The position numbers were made by a program, and so were the translations under genes. From Octopus sinensis (lineage: Eukaryota), in contig NC_043010.1 of assembly GCF_006345805.1 (NCBI RefSeq), forward strand, positions 19,840,001-19,904,000: a stretch of 64,000 nucleotides of DNA, written 5' to 3'. The notes beneath the pieces were generated by a model. That model worked only from the letters and a program-made list of their open reading frames with translations, did not search any database and was not told the origin of the DNA. This document shows, piece after piece, positions 39,064 through 49,942 of the stretch. Each line of letters begins with the position of its first letter. Within the stretch, counting starts at the first letter, position 1.

Positions 39064-39301
39064 CAGGGTGGCCCAAAAGTAGCTTTACAGTTATCATGTA
39101 GGCACTTTAAATTTCTTTTTTAAAACATTTCATTAAATTTAAATTTCTATCTTAGAAACTAAAACTGGAACTTGACAAAATTAACTAAATTAGCATAGAA
39201 TAATGGTTTCATATTTTTTTTATAATTAAGATCTAAGCTGTTAATATATGATTGCGAAAGAAATAGTTGAATAACTGTAAACCTACTTTTGGGCCATCCT
39301 G
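39064..39301. mobile_element. Tc1/mariner-type MITE
   Basis: TIRs CAGGGTGGCCCAAAAGTAGCTTTACAGTT / AACTGTAAACCTACTTTTGGGCCATCCTG in microsatellite context. Confidence 0.85.
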
Positions 39302-40592
39302 TATGTGTGTGTGCATATATATATATGTATATATAAAGAGACAGAGAGAGAGAGAGAAAGAGAGGGCCCTCTTGTCTTGGCAGCGTGCAATGGTGGTAAA
39401 AAAAGTGTTGTTGTTCACTTCCATTCTTTCATAAAAAACATATCTGAGCATGAGAAATATTACCATGCCTACGAAACAGGTATGGGTTAGCAACAGGAAA
39501 GGCATCTGGCTGTAGGAAATCTGCCTCAACCAATTCCATCTGACCCATTGCAAGCATGTAAAAGTGAATACTAAATAATGGTAATAACGATGAAGATGAT
39601 GAATCATTTAACCCTCAGCTTGTATGCTGACATGGACTGGACGGTTTGGAGTTGAAAGACTGTCATGCTTCAAGGTCTACTTTGGTAATGGTTTCTACAG
39701 ATGAACATCCTTCCTAATGCACCTGGTACACTCTCTTACAGCAAGTACTGGGTACTAATGAAGAATAACTTGCAAGGCTAAAGGCCTAAAGTGGACCCTA
39801 TAACTAAAGGAGAATAGAAGAGAAAGGGCACAACAATTCTCATGGGGTGGTGAGAAAATAAGATTTATAGTCACAATAGGGTAGAAATGAAGAGCAGTAT
39901 TAGTTTAGGGGAGGGGTGCAGCAGGGAACAGGGGGAAAGGGAAAGAATTAGTGTCAGAAAAGGCAGGTCAAAGTGGAAAGGTGACAGGATGGATTGGGGC
40001 AAGTATGGGTGGAAGGTATGGGGAAAAGGAGACAAAAACTGAGGAATAGCCAAAGGTGGAGAGGAATCCTGAAACATTTAAGGGATAAGGAAAGAAATGT
40101 GTGAAGATTGTAGGGTAGAGCAGAGGGTTGAGGCAGAGAAACCAGAGGGAAAGGTGTGGTTGTGAGAGAAGATGAGTGAAGAGTGAGTGCAATGATACCA
40201 AGGAGGGAAAGCGAGACTGGAGGGTATGAGAGAAGTAGAAAGAAGCATCAAGATGGAGAGGTAGTAGAGAGAAGAACAGGAGAAAACAGTGGGTGGTGCA
40301 AGTGCAGGGGTAAAAATGATAAAGAGGTATCCAAGATGTCTAGGGACAGGTAGTGAGATAAAGGCATAAAGCAATGTTGGATGTCAATGGGATAATCCAA
40401 GAAGGATTGTGCTTGTTGGTAGGACAACATGCTGAATGCAACAAATGAGATGGAGGGGTGGCTATGAGTAATGAAAAGAACGGAATCATAGTGGAGGGAG
40501 TGAATGTAAGGGTGTGGAGGGGAATTAAGGTGGGCTTCATAATGAGTGTGTGTATATATATATAAACGTGTGTGTGTATGTGTATGTATGTA

Positions 40593-40974
40593 TATGGCAC
40601 ATAAAAAGCACCATTCAAGTGTAATTGTTGCCAGTGCAGCCTTGACTGACTCCCATGCCGGTGGCACATAAAAAAACACCATTTGAGCGTGGTCGTTGCC
40701 AGTGCCGCCTGACTGGCTCCAGTGCTGGTAGTACATAATAAGCACCATTCAAGCATGGTCGATACCAGTACCGCCTGACTCGCCCTCGTGCTGGTGGCAT
40801 GTAAAAAGCACCCACTACACTTTCGGAGTGGTTGCCGTTAGGAATGGCATCCAGCTGTAGAAACTTTGCCAGATCAGATTGGAGCATGGTGCAACCTCCT
40901 GGCTTGCCAGCCCTCAGTCAAACCGTCCAACCCATGCCAGCATGGAAAGCGGACATTAAACGATGACGATGATA
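40593..40974 (+). repeat. RTE 3' UTR with a tandem array of ~60-65-bp units
   Basis: Four repeats of GG(C/T)AC(A/G)TAAAAAGCACC-type motifs with related intervening sequence, then the RTE tail. Confidence 0.85.
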
Positions 40975-41357
40975 ATATATATATATATATATCCTTTATC
41001 TTTTACTTGTTTTAGTCATTTGACCACGGTCATGCTGGGACACCGCCTTGAAGGGTTTTAGTTAAACAAATCAACCCCCAGGACTTTTTTCTGTTATTTT
41101 TAAAGTCTGGTACTTATTCTCTTGGTTTCTTTTGCTGACCTGCTAAGCTGCAGGGACAAACACACCAACAACAGTTGTCAAGTGGTGGTGGGAGACAAAT
41201 ACAGACACAAAGACACACATATATATGTATGCATGTATGTATATGTGTATATTTAGAAGAAGCAGCAGAGTGACTCAAGGTCCAAGAGTTTCATGTATTG
41301 GCACTAAACACACAAGACTCTCAGACTTTGAGTCACTCTTTTGCTTCTGCTAAATAT

Positions 41358-41571
41358 TCTTTTCTACTCTAGGTACAAGGCTGGAAATTTTGGGGGAGAG
41401 GGCCAGACGATTAGATTGAACCCAGTACGCAACTGGTACTTAATTTATTGACCCCGAAAAGATGAAGGGCAAAGTCAACCTCAGTGGAATTTGAACTCAG
41501 AACGTAAAGACAAATGAAATACCGCTAAGCATTTCGCCCGGCGTGCTAACTTTTCTGCCAGCTCAAAGCCC
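41358..41571 (-). mobile_element. SINE family B copy
   Basis: Full length; TSD-like flanks TGCTTCTGCTAAATATT / TGCTTCTACTAAATATT. Confidence 0.88.
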
Positions 41572-41665
41572 TGCTTCTACTAAATATTAATAGAAATATA
41601 TATATACTCAGTTCTATTTTCCCTGTTTGCACCAACATACCTATATATATATATATATATATATA

Positions 41666-41956
41666 TACATACAAAAATTCTATAATTATAAACATAATTA
41701 TAATTAGGGTTCAGCAAAAATTGCTTCACCACATACCAAAATTTAGAAATAGCAGTTCAATACTATTCCACTACCATAAGATATCTCCCAGATAGTAATA
41801 CTCTCAACTACCTGTGTGAGTTGAGAGTATTGCTGTCTGGGAGATATCTTATGGTAGTGGAATAGTATTGAACTGCTATTTCTAAATTTCGGTATGTGGT
41901 GAAGCAATTTTTGCTGAACCCTAATTATAATTATGCTTATAATTATAGAATTTTTG

Positions 41957-41962
<6 letters not shown>
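41666..41962. repeat. Near-perfect palindrome (~144-bp arms, 9-nt loop) in (TA)n
   Basis: TACATACAAAAATTCTATAATT...CTCTCAACT-acctgtgtg-AGTTGAGAG...AATTATAGAATTTTTGTATGTA, with about 4 mismatches. Confidence 0.95.
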
Positions 41963-41995
<33 letters not shown>

Positions 41996-42080
41996 AGAAT
42001 TCACAAAAAATACAAAAGACAAAGACAGGTGGTGTAGACAACAAATAGATGTATTAGTATAATGCTCGGGAATTGAAAAA

Positions 42081-42120
42081 GTCTTTTACGTTTCGAGCCT
42101 ACACTCTTCCACAGAAAGGA
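42081..42120 (-). ncRNA. Degenerate minimal hammerhead-like motif
   Basis: CUUU CUGUGGA A-GAG[UGUAGG]CUC GAAA CGU AA AAGA; the core box is mutated. Confidence 0.45.
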
Positions 42121-42459
42121 ACACAGAAAGAAACAAGGAGAGAGAAAAAAAGTGTGTGTAGTGGCTACCAATCACATACACATACAACAGGCTTCTTTCA
42201 AATTCTATCTACCAAATCCACTCACAAAGGCTTTGGACAGCCTGAGGCTATAGTAGAAGGCACTTGCTCAAGGTGTCACATAGTGGGACTGAACCTGGAA
42301 CCATGTGGTTGGGAAGCAAGCTTCTTATCACACGACAATGCCTGCAATACATATATATGTATGTATATATGTGTGTATGTATGTATGTTTCTTAAAGATA
42401 ATATTCACATGAAGGTGCATTTTGCCATAAGTGGACAGGTAATCTATAACACCACATAT

Positions 42460-42863
42460 AGGTGCAGGAGTGGCTGTGTTGTAAGTAGTTTGCTTACCAA
42501 CCACATGGTTCCGGGTTCAATCCCACTGCATGGTACCTTGGGCAAGTGCCTTCTACTATAGCCTCGGGCCGACTGAAGCCTTGTGAGTGGATTTGGTAGA
42601 CAGAAACTGAAAGAAGCCCATCATATATATATATATATATATGTACGTATGTATGCGTGTGTTTGTGTTTATCCCCCCAACATCGCTTGACAACCAATGC
42701 TGGTGTGTCTACGTCTCTGTAACTTAGCGGTTTAGCAAAAGAGAACGCCAGAATAAGTACTAGGCATCCAAAGAATAAGTCTTGTGGTCAATTTGTTCGA
42801 TTGAAGGCAGTGCTCCCGCATGGCCGCAGTCAAATGACTGAAACATGTAAAAGAATAAAAGAA
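42460..42863 (+). mobile_element. SINE family A copy
   Basis: Head GGTGCAGGAGTGGCTGTGTTGTAAG; tail GACTGAAACATGTAAAAGAATAAAAGAA. Confidence 0.88.
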
Positions 42864-42869
42864 TATGGA

Positions 42870-43870
42870 CAATCAATATAGTACTTTTTCGTCTCCTCCA
42901 TGTGATGCAACATTCTCAGATCAGCCTTTACCACTTCATCTGAAGGTTTCCCTCTTCCACAGATTGCACCAATTTAAAGTGCTTAGCACTTTTGTATGCA
43001 ACCAATTTCCCACCCACCCATGCATCCTGCTCTCTTGTACCCTATACCTTGATTCCTCTAAATTCATTTCTACCCTGGCATTCATGTACACCAACATTAC
43101 ACATCCACTGAAGCACACTAGTTTCATTTCTTTATCATCTTTGCAAGTCTTCTGGCCCTCATCCAGTATTGCAGACCTTTGTCACCAGCAGTGGTAATGG
43201 CTTCCTGAACTTTTCCCAACCAATTCCAACTTTAGCTACCATACTTTCAAAATAATCACCTCCCTTGCAAATTATGACTCCTAAGCAACAGAGGCTATCG
43301 ACAACTACTTATGAGTCATCTGAGCATTTAAGAGAATCTATTTCCGGTGTGCTCTCAGTATGTATTGCTCCAATGCATCTGTCAAATATGAAACCTACCT
43401 TCCCCACTGCACTTTGTATGTCCGTTGCTTACACAGGATGCAGTATATGAGGTTTACACCAACTCTTTTTCTGTATACTGAGCAAAGCCGTTCCCTTGAT
43501 CATACCAGAAACCCCATCTTCTTTCCAACTTACAAAAACCTTAGTCTTTGCTAAGTTTACCTTGAGGCCTCTTAATTCTAGGTTTAGCTTCCCTGCCCAT
43601 TATTTCCTCTCTAATTTCAATAAAAATTCAACAATGAGGACTAAACTAGCTGCATATAGGAGTTTCCATGGACAGCTAATCTTAAATCCTTCTGTTATGG
43701 TCTGCACAACTAAGATAAACAGGAAAAGATTAAATCTTAAAGGACCCTGCCTTTACATTACACTAGTCACTGAAATTATTATTGACACTCTTCCCTTGGC
43801 TGGATCTTTGTAAAAGGCGTGTACAGCCCACACAAGCCATTTATCTACATTTTTTTTCTTAGTGACCCCC
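42870..43870 (-). pseudogene. Degraded RTE LINE reverse transcriptase region
   Basis: Minus strand FILVVQTITEGFKISCPWKLLYAASLVLIV (the WELLYADD region), followed by the RTE C-terminal sequence. Confidence 0.75.
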
Positions 43871-44767
43871 AATTAATAAACGTGGTAACCAGCCAAAGGC
43901 CTTTGCCAAATCAGAGAATGCTAGACATAATGGTTTACACTATGCGTTATATACATACACATACATAGATATCTACAAACACATGCATCTATTCGTACAC
44001 AAGCATTCGTATACACATAAATATATACTTACACCCACATACACATATTCAGAGATACATATATTTACATATACATACTTGTACACACACAATGCCGTTG
44101 CCCCAGTATGGTCACTGCCGACAAGGTGGAACAAGGAAATGAATATGTAGGTGTATGTGTGTGCGCCCATATTCTTTATCAGTCCAAGCACATCGGTCCA
44201 TCCAGCCAAGCAGACCTGCCACTTGGGCCACAAGGTGATTACTCAGTGACAGTGCATTACTAGCTCCGAGACCAAGACTCCTGCTTTTCAACCTAGTCTT
44301 GGGATCGACATTGTCATTTGTCTGATAAGCGAATGGAGATCACACCGGTTTGTGCGGTGTGTGAGAAGGAATAGAAGAAAAAAAATCGATTCCGGTACTT
44401 GACAGTACTTTATTTTATTGACTTCTAAAAGGTTGAAGAGAAAAGCTGACCCCGATAGAATTTGAAACCAGAACAGAAAGCGTTATCACTAAAATACAGC
44501 AATCTAATAAACTACGAAAACGAATGAAAATACATTTCACCACACACACTCATCTTGATCACACAAATCGCAAAAGTTCAGTGTAAACAGAAATGACAGC
44601 AAACACAGTCCAAACAGTTTAATTGACAAGTGGTAAGATCAGAGGCATTCTTGAGTGATTGCGGTTCCATTCTAAGATTGTTTACTTAGGTTTACATTTA
44701 GTGCACGTACAAACGACAGATAGATAGATAGAGTTCAGAAAATACTGATACTGGCAGATGTATAGAC

Positions 44768-44819
<52 letters not shown>

Positions 44820-45194
44820 TATAAACATACAAATAAATACATATTCACGGATACACATACATACACTGTTCTACGTGCCTCGGTTCGCGTATCGACAGAG
44901 GACATAACCAATTCTTACGAGAATGTCACCTGTAATATTTTGCTGGAGTCCTTCTAATCAGGAAGAGATTCGGTCTCCACCTACTCAAAGCCAACTAAAT
45001 CCTATGCTAAGCGCCAGCTCGAAATTATATCCCTGGGGCCCTCGGGAGAGGGGGTGCTATCATTGCGTGTGACTACGTAATGTCTGTGTGGGAGGGTTCC
45101 ATCCAGTAGGATGGAAATAAGAGAGTGAAATAAAGGAAATACAAAAGGCTCGAGTTATACATCTCGCACCCTTTACTATATTACATACACACAC

Positions 45195-45244
<50 letters not shown>

Positions 45245-45547
45245 GAATCGAAATTTTTGAGTTTTCCTGGAAAATTTTGATAAGTTCCTTTATCACAGAA
45301 AACACAGCTGTGTAGAGTGCAAGTAACATAACGAAGGTTCGTTTACGATGTGGGAATAAAAAAAATAGGAAACGAAAGAAAACGAGAGAAATAATGCCAG
45401 ATGTCAGCCCTCATTTTTGACTTCTTGACTTGATGCGACCGTCTGGAGAGATGGTGGGGGAGGAAAACGGAGGTGGAAGAATTTTTCCCAAAGGTGACCG
45501 AACCAATGCAAGACATGATACGGCATTAAAATAGGGAAGTGTGTCTA

Positions 45548-45611
<64 letters not shown>

Positions 45612-45735
45612 GGATGTGTTGTGTAAGTAGAGAAAAAGACAAATATTCAGGGACACGCAAATGGATTTATAGACAGACATATATATATATATATATTATA
45701 TATATATATATAGGGAGATATATATAGAGATAGAT

Positions 45736-45780
<45 letters not shown>

Positions 45781-46025
45781 GAAGGAGAGAGAAAGACAAA
45801 TATTCAGAGAGACACAAATGGATTTATAGATAGACAGATAGATAGATAGATAGACATAACGAGACTAATAGACAGTGCGATAAATAGTAATAGACAAGCA
45901 CACACACAGTCAATCGAACAGCAATTACATATACACATATAGCGATATATTAATTGAAAGCTGCTTTGAAAGAGAGGTGATGGATGTGAGCGTGATCGGA
46001 TGCGGTGAGGGTGATTGTCACTTAC

Positions 46026-46282
46026 TTCTGTCTCCCCAAACAATGGTCACAGTAATTGCCCGTCCAGCCGATGTAACACTGACATGTTCCGTTCCGACAC
46101 TCGCCCTGGTAGCAATTGTAGTCGCTGCGCTTGCGGCTACATGTCGATAACGAACTATTGGAGGCGACCAAGACGAGTAATAGTAAATGGCAGAGTATTA
46201 GGCACAGCAGATATTCCAACGAACGACATGGTAACCTGTATTTAGACTTGGTCTGAACCACAAACATCGCAATTTCCGCCAT
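46026..46282 (-). CDS. ATRN: Attractin-like protein, coding exon 1 (signal peptide + EGF-like domain)
   Basis: MAEIAMF...LLCLILCHLLLLVLVASNSS (hydrophobic signal-like stretch), then EGF CYQGECRNGTCQCYIGWTGNYCDHCLGRQ. The donor AA|gtaagt is phase 2 and joins exon 2 to read HCLGRQNLISMTGYVTDG, collinear with attractin HCGGRFRLTGSSGFVTDG (recalled human sequence). Confidence 0.9.
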
Positions 46283-46286
46283 CTTG
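46276..46286 (-). promoter_or_regulatory. YY1-like motif CAAGATGGCGG overlapping the ATRN start codon, in a CpG-retaining promoter-like region
   Basis: The minus strand reads gtCAAGATGGCGGaa, the AAGATGGCGG motif common at starts of metazoan housekeeping genes. Function is not shown. Confidence 0.45.
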
Positions 46287-46497
46287 ACTATTATTATGGT
46301 TAGATTCGACAGTTGATGTTGCGCATGTCAACAGACATTCCTATTCCGTTACCGAAGCACTCAACCTGTATTCCGTTGTATGCATTCGTTTTCTATAATA
46401 TTTATTTACCTATACCTACATGAGTATGCGTACATAAATAAATATATAAATACCTATATATAGATGTGGGTGTGTGTATTGAATACACACACTCATA

Positions 46498-46525
46498 TCT
46501 ATCTATCTATATATCTATTTATCTG

Positions 46526-46588
<63 letters not shown>

Positions 46589-46609
46589 GTCTATCTATCT
46601 ATCTGTCTG

Positions 46610-46668
<59 letters not shown>

Positions 46669-46669
46669 G

Positions 46670-46704
<35 letters not shown>

Positions 46705-46809
46705 GTCTATCAATTTATCTGTCTGTCTGTCTATCTATCTATCTATTTATCTGTCTGTCTATCTATCTATCTATTTATCTGTCTGTCTGTCTATCTATCT
46801 ATCTATTTA

Positions 46810-46841
<32 letters not shown>

Positions 46842-46890
46842 TCTAGCTAGCTAGCTATCTGTCTGTCTGTCTATCTAACTATCTATCTGA
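46498..46890. repeat. ~390-bp (TATC/TGTC)n tetranucleotide microsatellite
   Basis: Directly visible; begins about 215 bp upstream of the ATRN ATG. Confidence 0.97.
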
Positions 46891-47541
46891 AGATATATAT
46901 ATATATCATCATCATCGTCATCATCATATAACGTCCGTTCTCCATGCTGGCATGGGTTAGACAGTTTGACTGGAACTTGTAAGCCAGAGAGCTGCACCAG
47001 GTTCCAGTCTGATTTGGCATGGTTTCTACGGCCGGATGCCCTTCCTAACACCAACCACTCCAAGAGCACAATAAGTGTTCTTAATGTGCCACCAGCACAG
47101 GTGCCATTTAGATGACACTGGTAACCTTCACGACTCTGGTCTGACTTGGCTTGATGAGTCTTCTCAAGTACAGGCAAAGGTCTCAGCACAACATTTGAAG
47201 ATCATGCTCCAAATAATAAATCTAGATTTGAATAAATATTTAAATAAATAGTTATATAGATATTATAATTAGAGAGTAAAAGAGGAGTAGTAAATAAATA
47301 ATAATATAAGTGGCCAGCAAGCATTTCAGCTGATAAAGGACAAATCCATAAATTTTATAATTAATTAAAATCATAATTGAGAGTACAAAAGGTACCAGCG
47401 TTGCTAAAAATAAGAGTCGAACAATTGTCTAATAAGCCACCATTTCACTGAAAACATAACAGGCCAACAGAAATTGGGCAACAAGCAAAGAAATTAATTT
47501 ACCATCGCGGTTGATAACCAGAAAATGAGGCAATAGATATT

Positions 47542-47596
47542 CCTGTATCGTATGATTTTGAATTTTGAGATTACTCCCTAAATTCTCATCAGCAGG
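47542..47596 (-). ncRNA. Type I hammerhead-ribozyme-like motif (G12A variant)
   Basis: CCUG CUGAUGA GAAUUU-A-GGGA[GUAA]UCUC-A-AAAUUC AAAA UCAUACGA UA CAGG. Stems I, II and III can all form. Confidence 0.7.
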
Positions 47597-47720
47597 TCTC
47601 ACAATATATGTAGGGTTAAAAACCTTACTCGCTTCATCGCCTGTTACTCATTGAATGACTAGTGCCATATTCAAGATGATGTCAGTGTATGATTTTCCAT
47701 AAATGAATAAATCTTCAAAT

Positions 47721-48006
47721 ACATATTCTGTTGTGTCTGAGGAGAGTAATTTTCTTTTTTGCCTTATGATGTAACACACTCACCGGTAAAGTTTCCACTT
47801 ATTTCTTATTTTTATTTTCCTATAATTTTCGTTGCGTCTTGCAACCTTTTCAATAGTCTTGACTCTTCAAGAGTCAAGACTATTGAAAAGGTTGCAATGA
47901 AAATTTTAGGAAAATAAAAATAAGAAAAAAAGTGGAAATTTTACCGGTGAGTGTGTTACATCATAAGGCAAAAAAGAAAATTACTCTCCCCAGACAACAG
48001 AATATG
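47721..48006. repeat. Near-perfect palindrome (~140-bp arms)
   Basis: Centre AATAGTCTTGACTCTT-c-AAGAGTCAAGACTATT; the arms extend to CATATTCTGTTG / CAACAGAATATG. Confidence 0.92.
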
Positions 48007-48396
48007 CTTCAACACATGAACTCATATAAGGAATCTTGCAAACCAAATCCAAAAACAAAATAATTCAAATAAATATTTATACAGATATTATTATGGTCAA
48101 TAGTAGTAAATAAATAAGGGAGTAATCTTAAAATTTGAAATCATATGATAAAGGAACATCTATTGCCTAATTCTGTGGCTATCAGCCATGATGGTTAGTG
48201 TGAAACACCAGTGTCCCAGAATCCATTGTACCAATGAGTTGAGTGTGTCAGGAACACATTGCTGCAGTTCCATCCCACTTGCAAGACACTTTATACGAGT
48301 ACATTTATGTGTTTTTTAAGACAATGCATCTATACAAGTGGTACCACAATTTCAAGGTTTCCAAAAGTATATGTGCTTCATGTATGTATATATATG

Positions 48397-48427
<31 letters not shown>

Positions 48428-48448
48428 ATATATATATATATGTATGTA

Positions 48449-48484
<36 letters not shown>

Positions 48485-48489
48485 TGTAT

Positions 48490-48666
48490 GTATATTTAGA
48501 GATAACCACTAGGTGGATAACCAATATGTTAGAAGAAGATCACAGCAAACACCAGAGTGGTGTTTGCTGAGTTTCTCTGGAGAACATTCTTTTCTTTGTA
48601 GTTAGATCATATGTGATCTTCTTCTAGCATATTGGTTATCCACCTAGTGGTTATCCCTAAATATAC
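48490..48666. repeat. Short foldback element (~55-bp arms) beside a microsatellite
   Basis: GATAACCACTAGGTGGATAACCAATATG is mirrored by CATATTGGTTATCCACCTAGTGGTTATC, with an internal hairpin CAGCAAACACC/GGTGTTTGCTG. Confidence 0.88.
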
Positions 48667-48791
48667 ACATGTATTGAAATTTTTGGTTTTTTTCAGATTT
48701 TTTATATATGCTAGGCTACTGGTTTTAAATTAATATTAATTAAATTAATAATCAATTTATCTCCCTCGTTATTTAAATATATATATATATA

Positions 48792-49296
48792 CTAGCAGTA
48801 TCGCCCGGCGTTGCTCGGGTTTGTAAGGGAAATAACTATATAAGCATTTTTAGAGAGTTACTTCCCTTATAAATTCGGGCTTTCTTAGCCATTTTTGTTT
48901 TGGTGTCTTCAAGCCATGAAGTCGTTGTTCTAAAAGAACGCTGGTTTCCTTCACAACGCATTACGACGTTGATTTCTTTACACTCCCTTCCCCACAGCTT
49001 CACGAGGGAGGGAAGGGGGAGAAGCAAACAGGTGCAGCTGTGAGCGTGGACGCCAACTCCGCCGCCATCGACACACGATGCATTTTATGCATTAAAATGG
49101 AATAAAAAATGATGTTAAATTATTTTTAAAATCGTAGACTCATCGTTGACACGCGCTAATAGTCAGACGGGCTCGATATGAATCACGACTATAAGATACC
49201 CGAATTTGGTTAAACTGCACCGCAAAATGTGGGAGGAGTTAGGAATCTAAATCGAAGGGGACAGACACTCACGCAACTAGAGTTTTATATATATAG

Positions 49297-49297
<1 letters not shown>
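48792..49297 (-). mobile_element. Non-autonomous Helitron
   Basis: The minus strand begins TCTATATATATAAAA and ends CCCGAGCAACGCCGGG (hairpin)-CGATACTG-CTAG. It is inserted between A and T in (TA)n with no TSD. Confidence 0.88.
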
Positions 49298-49340
<43 letters not shown>

Positions 49341-49897
49341 ACCAGCCCATTTAAGAGTACTCTTCAATCATTGGACAATAAATTATGCTTGCAAAGACCT
49401 ATTGGGGCAAGTGAAATCACTGTCGTGGCCGATGACAGGCCCGCCTGATTAGCACCCATGCCAGTGAAACATTAAAAGCACCATTTGAGCGTGGCCAATG
49501 CCAGTATTGCTTGACTGGCCCTTGTGCCAGTGGCACATAAAAGCACCCACTACACTCTCACAGTGGCTGGTGTTAAGAAGGGCATCCAGCTGTAGAAACT
49601 TTACCAGATCAGATTGGAGACTGGTGCAGCCTTCTGATTCACCAGCCCTCAGTCAAATAGTCCAACCCATGCCAGCATGGAAAGCAGACGTTAAATGATA
49701 ATGATGATAATGATGATGATATGTATATATATAAATATGGCAATCTTTATATCTTATGTAACGTGGATGCATTGTTAGAACAGTGTAAAACCTTGTTAAA
49801 TGCCTTGAGAGATCCTTTCATATAGGAGTACAGTGCTAAAAGCACAAACATATCATTAGCAGATCAGAATAGTCTGGCAGGAGGATGGGGACAGAAC

Positions 49898-49942
49898 TAC
49901 TAGATCCCATGATTTCACCATACATGTGCTTCATCAGTATCA
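49898..49942 (-). ncRNA. Minimal hammerhead-ribozyme-like motif with intact core
   Basis: UGAUA CUGAUGA AGCACAUGUAUGGU GAAA UC[AUGG]GA UC UAGUA. Stems I and II are weak. Confidence 0.5.

Larger units (their letters stand above)
4862..46025 (-). other. ATRN intron 1 (41,164 bp, phase 2), filled with transposons
   Basis: Bounded by GT at 46025-46024 and AG at 4863-4862. The joined protein is gap-free relative to attractin, so no intervening constitutive exon is needed. Confidence 0.8.

Noticed and set aside
39860-40530. Purine-rich stretch possibly derived from a Penelope RT
   Set aside because: Only a vague SFLD-like word; no alignable motifs.
40593-40830. Repeat-spacer-like arrays (also 6580-6740 and 63480-63720) resembling CRISPR
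   Set aside because: The spacers are homologous to each other, the repeats are degenerate, the arrays are part of an RTE 3' UTR, there are no cas genes, and the DNA is eukaryotic.
118-46282. MEGF8 or tenascin as the gene identity
   Set aside because: The EGF-CUB-EGF-EGF-Kelch order and the TECGWDHLYIYDGDS motif fit attractin; MEGF8 begins with CUB and tenascin lacks CUB and Kelch.
46464-46850. 126-128-aa ORFs (YLSI repeats) and the many IYIY/YIYI ORFs elsewhere
   Set aside because: Microsatellite translations with no coding signal.
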